From IMG/VR virus record IMGVR_UViG_3300043609_000044, positions 1 to 40,541 of that record: a DNA stretch of 40,541 nucleotides. The stretch is one strand, 5' to 3'. The translations under genes and the position numbers were made by a program. Origin of the DNA: a virus. The notes below the pieces were generated by a model that was given only the letters and a program-made list of their open reading frames with translations, searched no databases and was not told the DNA's origin. Each line of letters starts with the position of its first letter. Position 1 is the stretch's first letter. This document shows, one piece after another, positions 33,058-40,541 of the stretch.

Positions 33058-34128
33058 TCAGGCCCCCTTCTTGATCGGCGTCTTAACGAGGCGCATAGTG
33101 GGCGTCGGTGCGGGAGGCGTGACAGCCGGCGGAAACGCCGCATCCAGCGCCGACTTGGCCCGTGTGCTGGCCGCCGCCCGACTGTACCGCCATGTCTGCT
33201 GCGGCGAGGTGTGGAGGGCCAGTTCGGCCGCCCCCCGTTCATCGGCCGAGTTCTCAACGACGGTCGTGATGAACCGGTGGCGCAAATCGTACACGCGAAA
33301 CCGACGCACGCCAGCCTTGTCGCAGGCGCGGTGCAGGAGGCTGTGGAGCGCGGAGCCGCTAAACGCGCCCCAGGCGTTCACGTCCCGAAACATCTCCAAG
33401 GCGGTCACGGCCGCCGGACTCACCGGGACCGTGCGCGGCCTCGTGCCGCCGCCTTTCTTCCGTCCCGGCGTGGTCACCGTGGAGGTGCGCCAGTGAATAT
33501 CCTGGGGCCGCAGGCGCTTGAGCACCGCACTCGGCCAGCCGGTGGTGAACAACACGTGGAGACGCGCCTGGCTCTTGCTCGGCCCCTTCTTCAACTGCCG
33601 CAGCGCACCAAAGGCGGCCCGCACCACCTCCGGTTCGGGTAAATCAAGCGGGAGTTCTTCCTCGTGATACTTCGGCACGCCTCGTGCGGGGTTCAGGCCC
33701 TCACGGCCGTTAAACACCGTGTAGAAATCCATCAATGCCGTGCGATAGACATTCAGGGTGCCGGGTTTCTTGCCGGACTTGCGGAGAGCTTCCAAGTGCT
33801 GACGGACTTCTACACTCGTCACGCTGTCGAGGGTCCGCTGCCGCCCAAGCCGATCTCGCCACCATTCAATCCGATGCATCCGGTCGATCAGCGTCGGCAT
33901 CCCGGCTTTGGCTTTCTCATACGCTTTCACTTTCCCGCCAAACGTCAACGCCTTCTCAACTTCCGAGACAATGCCGACTTGCGCATTCGCGCGGAGGGTC
34001 TTTAACTCCTCGCGGAGCACCTGGATCGAGGTGTCGCCGGAGAAATTCTTGGAGACGAACTCGCCTTTGACGCGGGCATAAATTTGATACCCCGTCCCTT
34101 GACGGCGAATGCCTTTAGCAATCTTCAT
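33058..34128 (-). CDS. int: Tyrosine recombinase / phage integrase
   Basis: YDLRHRFITT and LALHTSPQQTWRYS (box II H-x-x-R and catalytic Y). N-terminal SAM-like domain. Start MKIAKG preceded by AGGAG. Confidence 0.9.
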   Translation of the reverse strand: MKIAKGIRRQGTGYQIYARVKGEFVSKNFSGDTSIQVLREELKTLRANAQVGIVSEVEKALTFGGKVKAYEKAKAGMPTLIDRMHRIEWWRDRLGRQRTLDSVTSVEVRQHLEALRKSGKKPGTLNVYRTALMDFYTVFNGREGLNPARGVPKYHEEELPLDLPEPEVVRAAFGALRQLKKGPSKSQARLHVLFTTGWPSAVLKRLRPQDIHWRTSTVTTPGRKKGGGTRPRTVPVSPAAVTALEMFRDVNAWGAFSGSALHSLLHRACDKAGVRRFRVYDLRHRFITTVVENSADERGAAELALHTSPQQTWRYSRAAASTRAKSALDAAFPPAVTPPAPTPTMRLVKTPIKKGA

Positions 34129-34257
34129 TGGTGTACACACTCCTGGCAGTTGCTTTCCGCTACTGTCTGTTGTCGAAGGGAAAAGGGTTATCCAGTCTTC
34201 TTGGCAGTCTTGAGGGACCACCGCATCAGGGCCGCCAGGGCGGCGGCTTGGGTCGTC

Positions 34258-34722
34258 TTAGGCCGTTTTCGTACTTTGCGGGTGTGCAAACTTTGAATCT
34301 GGAGATCGATGAATTTTGCGTCGCTTGGACTGACTGCGCGAATCTCGTTCAATTGCTGTATTGAAACTATTGAACACTTCAGCGCGCGCCGCCGGCTCAA
34401 GGTGTTCAGTGGCGAGGAGAGCGACATCGATAAACGCTTGATGGAGCGCTTTGAAGAGCGAGCTACGAGCGAGAGCTGAGCCATGTCGCCGGCCTTTCTC
34501 TAGAGGCAGCACCTGATCTGGGAGCAGAAACAGTTCTGCGACCGAGAGACCGAGCACCACTGCGATGGCGTCCAATTTATCGAGATGGGGTGTGGCGTCC
34601 CCACTCACCCAGGCGCTGACCGTTGACGGGTCCACCCCGGCCTCACGCGCGAGCGCAGCGGACGCCCCACGGCGCGCTCGAAGTTCCAAAAACCTAAGCT
34701 GCAACACGTCCTGTGCGGTCAT
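34258..34722 (-). CDS. CI-like XRE-family repressor (no S24 peptidase domain seen)
   Basis: ALAREAGVDPSTVSAWVSGDATPHLDKLDAIAVVLG. Divergent from the Cro-like gene. Confidence 0.7.
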   Translation of the reverse strand: MTAQDVLQLRFLELRARRGASAALAREAGVDPSTVSAWVSGDATPHLDKLDAIAVVLGLSVAELFLLPDQVLPLEKGRRHGSALARSSLFKALHQAFIDVALLATEHLEPAARAEVFNSFNTAIERDSRSQSKRRKIHRSPDSKFAHPQSTKTA

Positions 34723-34785
34723 TCACTTCATCTCATATCACATAAGAATCTTTGGTGTCACCCGCATTTCCCCTATCACTAAAGT

Positions 34786-34827
34786 TTGACATTGACAACC
34801 TTGTGGTATAGCGGCCAATATTTGGCC
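34786..34827 (+). promoter_or_regulatory. Early rightward promoter plus operator
   Basis: Tandem TTGACA TTGACA (34786-34797), TG-n-TATAGC (34804-34812), and inverted repeat GGCCAA-tat-TTGGCC (34813-34827) abutting GTG 34828. Confidence 0.5.
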
Positions 34828-35046
34828 GTGTCAAAGAGACGGCGCACTCACGTCAAACAGCGCGTGCGGCTTTATCTGGCCGAACACGACATGACCCAGG
34901 ACCGGCTGGCGGCCCACGTGGGAATTACAGCGGGCCACTTGTCCAGCATCCTGTCTCGGAAGGAAACCCCCTCGCTGCGGGTGGCCGTCGCGCTCGAAGT
35001 CCTCACCGGAATTCCGGCGCGTGAGTTTGTAGGGGTGGGGCGATGA
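34828..35046 (+). CDS. Cro-like XRE-family HTH protein
   Basis: MTQDRLAAHVGITAGHLSSILSRKETPSL. Start uncertain (TTG 34786, GTG 34828 or GTG 34864). Confidence 0.65.
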   Translation: MSKRRRTHVKQRVRLYLAEHDMTQDRLAAHVGITAGHLSSILSRKETPSLRVAVALEVLTGIPAREFVGVGR

Positions 35047-35318
35047 GTCTCCTCTCACGGGCCGCCGAGACGTGCGTGCCGCTCACGCAGGCCTGCACCA
35101 ACATTGGGTACCCCACCACAGCGACCGGCCAACGAAACCTGCGGCGACAGCTACGACGCAAAGGCTTCGAGGTCCAGCGCGTCGGCAATGTCTTTGTTGT
35201 CCAGGTGAATGTCTGGACGGCCTATCTCAAACGTTGTGCCCAGGACAACGCCAGGCACCGGGCGACCATCTCGGCACAATCCAAAGCCCGCTGGGCCGCC
35301 AAACACGCCGAAGGCTGA
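35043..35318 (+). CDS. Hypothetical basic protein
   Basis: ATGA overlap start. 91 aa. Confidence 0.55.
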   Translation: MSLLSRAAETCVPLTQACTNIGYPTTATGQRNLRRQLRRKGFEVQRVGNVFVVQVNVWTAYLKRCAQDNARHRATISAQSKARWAAKHAEG

Positions 35319-35326
35319 AGGTGGAA

Positions 35327-35431
35327 ATGGGCGCGCTCGTGGTGGTCGCCGTCGTCATGCTGCTGCTGTTTGTGATCGGCGCCGATCCCCGCGTGGAAGC
35401 GGACCCCCGCGACTGGGACGACGAGGACTAG
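35327..35431 (+). CDS. Possible 34-aa single-TM peptide
   Basis: GAAGGTGG RBS. MGALVVVAVVMLLLFVIG followed by an acidic tail. Confidence 0.35.
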   Translation: MGALVVVAVVMLLLFVIGADPRVEADPRDWDDED

Positions 35432-35525
35432 ACGTGTCCGCTCGGCTCGACGTCGGCCGTCGCGGGTTGCTTCGCTTGCGGCGACCGTGGGACCGGCGAG
35501 TCGGGCGGCACAAACCGAGGAACTT

Positions 35526-37016
35526 ATGCGACTGACGCTGATAGACCTATCGAGTTTGGCTTATCCCATCTGGCACATGGCCGGGAACGACCCGAACGAA
35601 AACGCCGTGTCCGACCAGCTCGTGGCGCGCGTCCGTGCGCTCGGCGACGGCCACACGGCGATCTGCTGTGACGCCGGCCGTTCGTTTCGCTGCGATATTT
35701 CCGCCGACTACAAAGCCAACCGGAAAGTCGAGGAACGCGCCGTCCTGTACCACCAGATCGACCTGGCGCTCGACCGGCTGCGTGGGGACGGCTTTCCCAT
35801 TTGGTTCGCCAAAGGGTTCGAGGCTGACGACGTGATCGCGTCCGCGTGCAACAAAGCGGCGGAAGACGGCCACGACGTCCTGATCGTGAGTGCCGACAAA
35901 GACCTGCTGCAGCTCATTGTCAATGGCGAACCCGGCGCCGGCAGCGTCTGGGCCAAGTCGCTGAAAACCGGCGACCTGATCGACGAGGCCGCCGTCGAGG
36001 CGCGGTTCGGCGTCACCCCGGCGCAAATGCGCGACTACCTGACGATCGTCGGCGACCAGAGTGACAACGTCAAAGGCGTGGCCGGCATTGGCGAGAAAGG
36101 CGCGGCGGCGCTCCTGCGGCTGTATGGCTCGCTCGACACGATCTACCGGGACTTGGACACCCTGCCGCTGAAGCCGTCCCAGGTGCTCGCCCTCAAGGCC
36201 TTCGAGTCGCGCTTCCACGAAGTCCGCAGCCTGATCACCCTCCGCACCGACGCCCCGGTGCCGTTCGAGGAAATTCTGGAACCCCGCACGCCGAAGGACG
36301 TGCCGCCTATGGTGGACGAACCCGTTGACGAACCACTGGACGATATCGACGAGGCCTTGCCGACCGTGCCACCGCCACCCCCGGCGCCTGTCCCAGACCC
36401 GCCTGGTGCCGCTGTGGCGAGCGCAGAACCTGACAAGCCACCGACCCAAGCCCCAGGTGTCAAAAACCCGACAGGCGGCGTCCTGACCGTCCTGCCGCGC
36501 AACGGCCACGAGGACACCGACTGGAAAGGCCGGCTGGAACCCACGTCCATGGACGAGGCCATGCGGCTGGCGAAATTGGCCTTTGACTCGAAGCAGTTTT
36601 CCGCCTACGGCACGCCGCAGGCGGTGCTCATGACGCTCATGGCCGGACGGGAACTCGGCCTAACGGCCATGGCGAGTTTGAGAGCGCTTCATATCGTAGA
36701 AGGCAAGCCGACGATGAGTGCGGATCTCATGCGCTCCCTCGTGCTGAAGTCCGGGGCGGTGAAGTATTTCCGCTGCGTCGAACGCACGAACGAACAGAGC
36801 ACCTGGGAAGCACAGCGCGGCGACGACCCGCCCCTGTCGCTGACGTTCACGATGGAGGACGCCAAGATGGCCGGCGTCATCAAGCCCGGCAGCGGCTGGG
36901 TGAAGTTCCCGGCCGACATGTGTTCCGCTCGCGCCTCCTCGAAACTGGCCCGCCTCGTCGCGCCTGACGTCCTGGCCGGTATCTACCTGCCGGAAGAAAT
37001 TCGAGAGAACCAATGA
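35526..37016 (+). CDS. Fusion: FEN/Pol I-type 5'-3' exonuclease (N) + Red-beta/RecT-like single-strand annealing domain (C)
   Basis: N-terminal part: FRCDISADYKANR, GFEADDVIAS, IVSADKDLLQL, DNVKGVAGIGEKGAAALL. Pro-rich linker. C-terminal part: GRELGLTAMASLRALHIVEGKPTMSADLM ... GWVKFPADMCSARASSKLARLVAPDVLAGIYLPEE, similar to the Red-beta C-terminal signature. Confidence 0.8.
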   Translation: MRLTLIDLSSLAYPIWHMAGNDPNENAVSDQLVARVRALGDGHTAICCDAGRSFRCDISADYKANRKVEERAVLYHQIDLALDRLRGDGFPIWFAKGFEADDVIASACNKAAEDGHDVLIVSADKDLLQLIVNGEPGAGSVWAKSLKTGDLIDEAAVEARFGVTPAQMRDYLTIVGDQSDNVKGVAGIGEKGAAALLRLYGSLDTIYRDLDTLPLKPSQVLALKAFESRFHEVRSLITLRTDAPVPFEEILEPRTPKDVPPMVDEPVDEPLDDIDEALPTVPPPPPAPVPDPPGAAVASAEPDKPPTQAPGVKNPTGGVLTVLPRNGHEDTDWKGRLEPTSMDEAMRLAKLAFDSKQFSAYGTPQAVLMTLMAGRELGLTAMASLRALHIVEGKPTMSADLMRSLVLKSGAVKYFRCVERTNEQSTWEAQRGDDPPLSLTFTMEDAKMAGVIKPGSGWVKFPADMCSARASSKLARLVAPDVLAGIYLPEEIRENQ

Positions 37017-37834
37017 GTCCGCGACTGCGCGTCCTCTCGCTCGGCGCCGGGGTGCAGAGCACCACGCTCGCGCTCATGGCGGCGGCGGGGGAGATCGGCC
37101 CCATGCCGGACGCGGCGATCTTTGCCGATACCGGCTGGGAACCGACAGCCGTCTACGCGCACCTCGCGTGGCTGCAGTCCGGCGTGCTGCCGTTCCCGAT
37201 CCAGGTCGTCACGGCGGGGAATATCAAAGACGGCATTCTCGCGCGCCGACGCACCGACGGGGGCCGCTATGCGGCCGTCCCCTGGTACAACCTCGGACCC
37301 GACGGCACGACCGGGATCGGCCGGCGGCAATGTAGTAGTGAATACAAGCTCGACCCGATCATGCACGAGACGCGGCGGCTCCTCGGCACCACACGACGCG
37401 GCCGTCTGCCGAAAGGGGCCGCAGAAGTGTGGATCGGGATCTCGGTGGACGAAGCGGCGCGCATGAAACCCGCGCGCCAGCAATGGATGACCAACCGCTG
37501 GCCGCTCATTGAACAGAATATCTCGCGCACCGGCTGCCTCACCTGGATGCGCGACCACGGCTACCCAGAACCGCCGAAGTCCTCCTGTATCGGGTGCCCG
37601 TTTCACAGCGATCGCATGTGGCTGGCGATGCGGCAGGACGCGCCCCAGGAGTTTGCGGACGCGGTGGCCATGGATGCGGCCCTTCGCCTCGGGGACGCGC
37701 CGGGGATGCAGGCCACCGAGTTTATGCACGACGCGCGCATCCCGCTCGCAGACGCCGTCGAACAGGCCGCCCAGAAGAAGCGCGAACAGCCAGACCTATT
37801 TCAGAACGAATGTGAGGGTATTTGTGGCGTCTAA
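37013..37834 (+). CDS. PAPS-reductase-family (PP-loop ATP pyrophosphatase-like) protein
   Basis: VLSLGAGVQSTTLALM PP-loop variant, CIGCPF cysteine pair. ATGA overlap start. Confidence 0.75.
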   Translation: MSPRLRVLSLGAGVQSTTLALMAAAGEIGPMPDAAIFADTGWEPTAVYAHLAWLQSGVLPFPIQVVTAGNIKDGILARRRTDGGRYAAVPWYNLGPDGTTGIGRRQCSSEYKLDPIMHETRRLLGTTRRGRLPKGAAEVWIGISVDEAARMKPARQQWMTNRWPLIEQNISRTGCLTWMRDHGYPEPPKSSCIGCPFHSDRMWLAMRQDAPQEFADAVAMDAALRLGDAPGMQATEFMHDARIPLADAVEQAAQKKREQPDLFQNECEGICGV

Positions 37835-38306
37835 CGCTGAAGTCCTGCTCACCGAAATTCGAGACGCGCTGGTCGAACTCGTCTCGCTGTCGAAGGTGAA
37901 ACCCAATATCCTGCCGCCCGGCGTCAAACCCACCGTCGCCTGGTCGGCGCACGAGAAAACGATCGCCAGCGACCACGAACTCGATCACCCGACGTATGGC
38001 GACCCGGTCGTGAAAAGTGCGCCCCGTGACTGGAATGGCCCCTTCGTCCCCGGCGCCAAAATGAGCGAGCACCCAGCCGAATTCCTCGACCTGCTGGCCG
38101 ACCGCTACGACTACTTCGCCACGAAGAACGATCGGGAAAAGGCCGTCACCGAGAAGGGGTACCCCAAGTCGAAATTCGATCGGGCTGCTGCCGCCAAGGC
38201 GCGCGGCTGGGCCGCCCGCATTCGCAAAGGCTACAAACCGCCGGCCCCGCCGCCCATGGATGACGAGACGCCGGACTGGGGTATGGCAAATGAGCCGCCG
38301 TTCTGA
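37824..38306 (+). CDS. Hypothetical protein
   Basis: GTG 37824 (or 37812), overlapping the upstream stop. 160 aa. Confidence 0.55.
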   Translation: MASNAEVLLTEIRDALVELVSLSKVKPNILPPGVKPTVAWSAHEKTIASDHELDHPTYGDPVVKSAPRDWNGPFVPGAKMSEHPAEFLDLLADRYDYFATKNDREKAVTEKGYPKSKFDRAAAAKARGWAARIRKGYKPPAPPPMDDETPDWGMANEPPF

Positions 38307-39063
38307 TCGCGCTTACTACAACGAGTTTGATCCGCACGCCGCCGCGTGGCTGCGCGCACTGATCGACGCCGACGCGATCATGGCGGGAGACGTGGACGAA
38401 AGGTCGATCGAGGATGTCCGAGCAGTTGACCTTCTGGGATACGTCCGCTGCCACTTCTTCGCCGGTATTGGCGGGTGGGACTACGCCTTGCGCCTCGCGG
38501 GATGGCCTGGCGATCAACCCGTGTGGACCGGCAGTGCCCCTTGTCAGCCCTTTAGTGACGCCGGCGAGCAGCAGGGCGCGGACGACGTGCGTCACCTCTG
38601 GCCGGTATGGTTCGGGCTCATTCGCGAGTGTCGCCCTCACGTCGTCTTTGGCGAACAGGTTGCGGCAGCAATGCGGTACGGCTGGCTCGACGCTCTTTCG
38701 ACAGACCTGGAAGCGGCAGGGTACGCCGTGGGGGCGGTGGTGCTGGGCGCACACAGCGTGGGGGCGCCCCACCTCCGACAGCGGCTCTATTTTGTGGCAG
38801 ACCATTCCCGGCCCCACACCGACCGCCGTGAAGCCCACGGGGGGGATCTCGGTGTGCCGGTTCGGCGGCTCGGGCGCGAGACGGACCATGAAGCACTTCC
38901 TGACGCACCGGGAACTCTATGGGCCGATCAACCCCGCCCTCCTGTCGTACTTGATGGGGTTTCCGCCAGTGTGGGAGAAGTCTGCGGCTACGGCAACGCG
39001 ATCATGCCGCACGTCGCGGCGGAAGTAATTCGCGCTTATATGGCCGTGGAGGCCACCCCATGA
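38290..39063 (+). CDS. DNA (cytosine-5) methyltransferase, short phage type
   Basis: HFFAGIGGW (motif I), SAPCQPFS (IV), FGEQV (VI variant), GAPHLRQRLYFVA (VIII), GYGNAI (X). Confidence 0.85.
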   Translation: MSRRSDRAYYNEFDPHAAAWLRALIDADAIMAGDVDERSIEDVRAVDLLGYVRCHFFAGIGGWDYALRLAGWPGDQPVWTGSAPCQPFSDAGEQQGADDVRHLWPVWFGLIRECRPHVVFGEQVAAAMRYGWLDALSTDLEAAGYAVGAVVLGAHSVGAPHLRQRLYFVADHSRPHTDRREAHGGDLGVPVRRLGRETDHEALPDAPGTLWADQPRPPVVLDGVSASVGEVCGYGNAIMPHVAAEVIRAYMAVEATP

Positions 39064-39413
39064 CGAACCAGTCCCACACGCACCGCTGCCGCCGCTGCGG
39101 CACGACCTACGACTGCGACGGCGAATGGGTGCCGGCCGAGCAGGCCGACGGCTACCTCAAAGCCGCCTGCTACTTCTACGACCTGCACCAGATCAACCTG
39201 TGCGAGACGTGCGCCAAGCCCGTCCTGCCTGACGCCGACGACCTGGCGCGCATGCTGGCGCACCCGCAGTTCGGCGCCTTACGCCGCTTCAAGGACGACG
39301 ACTGGCTGGTGGTGTTCGACGAAGCGACCCACGGCCGCTCCTGGCGCGGCAACAGCCTGGCGGAAGTCGTCGAGAAATGGCGCGAACAGTACAGCCGGCG
39401 CGAGGTGGCCTAA
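39060..39413 (+). CDS. Zinc-ribbon hypothetical protein
   Basis: CRRCG ... CETC. ATGA overlap start. Confidence 0.6.
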   Translation: MTNQSHTHRCRRCGTTYDCDGEWVPAEQADGYLKAACYFYDLHQINLCETCAKPVLPDADDLARMLAHPQFGALRRFKDDDWLVVFDEATHGRSWRGNSLAEVVEKWREQYSRREVA

Positions 39414-39616
39414 TGTCACTCCTCACCAAGATCATGCACTGGCTCGGCGTGGACGACACGCCTGATCCGGCGTGGCGCAGCACCGGCTATCGCTACACGG
39501 CCACCGGCCACGACGAGGCGCGCGCCGCCGACACCGCCGAACGCCGCGACGAACTCGCCGCGCACCGACGCAAACTCGAAGCGCTGCGATCGAAACCGAC
39601 AAAGGGGACACGGTGA
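39413..39616 (+). CDS. Hypothetical small protein
   Basis: TAATG overlap start. Confidence 0.5.
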   Translation: MSLLTKIMHWLGVDDTPDPAWRSTGYRYTATGHDEARAADTAERRDELAAHRRKLEALRSKPTKGTR

Positions 39617-40541
39617 CGGACACACGCGCCGTTGAGAGCATTGTCTTTCGTGCCGATCTCTATCCTCGGATGGAGACGAGCGCCACGACGGTGCAGAAAT
39701 ATGCCGAGGATCTGGCTGTTCTCCCGCCGATCGAGATCAATCAACATGACGAACTGATCGACGGCTGGCACCGCTGGACGGCGCACCGGAAAACTAAAGC
39801 CGCGACGATCCCTGTGGTCGTCACGACAACCAGCGGCGAGGCGGAATTTCTCGAACTCGCCATTACGCGCAATGCGGCGCACGGCATGCAACTGTCCCAG
39901 GACGACAAGCGCGACATGGCCAGGCGCATCTACGGCGCAACCCCAGAACGCGAACGAGACGCCAAGAAGAAGGCGCTGGCGACCATTCTGAGCGTCAGCG
40001 ACCGCACAGTCCGCGAGTGGTTGAGCCGAGTGGATAAGGATGCTAAGGAAGCCAGGGACCAGAAAATCTTTGACCTCTGGTTGGCGTGCTCGACCCAGCA
40101 GGAAATTGCATCAGCAACGGGTATTGATCAAGGTGATCTGAGCCGCTTGGTTGCGACTTTTATGGAAATCGGCAACCTTGCCAAAAACCATAAAGCTACA
40201 GCCGAGCACGCGACGGACTTCGACCCCCCGCTCTACAACGTCTGGAAACAGCAGACCCGCACCGTCGGCAGCGCGCACTTTGGCAACTCCGAGGCGCGAT
40301 GGCTCGACAACCTGCTCTATCTCTACACCACGCCATTTGACGTGGTGATCGACCCCTTCGCTGGAGGCGGGTCCACCATTGACCTCTGCCAAAAGCGGTT
40401 CCGCCGGTATTTGGTGAGCGACCGGTTGCCCATCATTGAACGCGCCAAGGAGATCCGCCACCACGACGTCACCACCGGCCCCCTAAAGCCGCCGCAGTGG
40501 GGCGACGTGCGCCTGGTCTATCTCGACCCGCCGTACTGGAA
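39613..40541 (+). CDS. ParB-N (nuclease-like) domain fused to N6/N4 DNA methyltransferase, N-terminal part; continues at 1..470
   Basis: My own translation from GTG 39613 (GTGA overlap): IEINQHDELIDGWHRWTAH (ParB-like), an HTH-like middle, then VIDPFAGGGST (motif I). The ORF track omits it because the window ends before a stop. Confidence 0.85.
   Translation, partial: MTDTRAVESIVFRADLYPRMETSATTVQKYAEDLAVLPPIEINQHDELIDGWHRWTAHRKTKAATIPVVVTTTSGEAEFLELAITRNAAHGMQLSQDDKRDMARRIYGATPERERDAKKKALATILSVSDRTVREWLSRVDKDAKEARDQKIFDLWLACSTQQEIASATGIDQGDLSRLVATFMEIGNLAKNHKATAEHATDFDPPLYNVWKQQTRTVGSAHFGNSEARWLDNLLYLYTTPFDVVIDPFAGGGSTIDLCQKRFRRYLVSDRLPIIERAKEIRHHDVTTGPLKPPQWGDVRLVYLDPPYW
40415..40541. repeat. 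Terminal overlap, identical to 1-127
   Basis: Same as above. Confidence 0.95.

Larger units (their letters stand above)
1..40541. mobile_element. Complete temperate tailed-phage genome (unit 40414 bp, circular contig); podovirus-like late gene order
   Basis: Terminase, portal, scaffold, capsid and tail-fibre block on the minus strand. Integrase plus attP (tRNA 3' half) plus CI/Cro-like switch. Identical 127-bp ends with an ORF continuous across them. Confidence 0.9.

Noticed and set aside
35547-36509. 320-aa minus-strand ORF antisense to the exonuclease-annealase gene
   Set aside because: It is a shadow ORF. The plus frame carries all the FEN motifs.
1-40541. CRISPR array, rRNA, transposase/IS element
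   Set aside because: There are no regularly spaced repeats of 25-40 bp, no rRNA-like sequence, and no DDE or IS-type ORFs. The only recombinase is the phage integrase.

Overview
The window is a complete, circularly closed genome of a temperate, GC-rich tailed phage. Bases 1-127 are identical to 40415-40541, so the unit length is 40414 bp, and one gene (a ParB-N/DNA methyltransferase fusion) reads in frame across the junction. Layout: (i) A plus-strand early/middle operon starts at a CI/Cro-like switch near 34.8 kb. It runs through a 5'-3' exonuclease fused to a Red-beta/RecT-like annealing domain, a DNA-modification cluster (PAPS-reductase-like protein, C5 methyltransferase, ParB-N/N6-N4 methyltransferase, PD-(D/E)XK-like protein), a VRR-NUC nuclease, a phage sigma-70-family factor and a lipoprotein, wrapping the junction to about 3.8 kb. 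(ii) A minus-strand late block (25981 down to 3830) carries large terminase, portal, scaffold, HK97-like capsid, a LamG tail fibre, adaptor/nozzle-like proteins and a run of low-complexity internal-virion-like proteins, a podovirus-like order. (iii) A lysogeny module holds a tyrosine integrase, an RHH protein and an attP that is the 3' half of tRNA-Val(CAC). (iv) A second plus-strand block of small unknown early genes lies at 28.4-32.1 kb. The items most worth a second look are: a 655-bp gene-free, highly structured locus (27121-27775) containing a roughly 140-nt multi-branched RNA-like fold and iteron-like repeats; a covarying stem-loop leader motif before consecutive early genes; a conserved TGTCAA-N4-TTGACACTTGG element at the heads of both late operons; a moron island with two toxin-antitoxin pairs inserted between portal and scaffold; the exonuclease-annealase fusion; and the methylase/PAPS-reductase/nuclease cluster. 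I recognised no endolysin, small terminase, replicase, CRISPR array, reverse transcriptase or complete RNA gene. All functional calls rest on motifs read by eye from the ORF track, with no database search. Start codons were chosen from stop-start overlaps and RBS-like purine runs and remain provisional.
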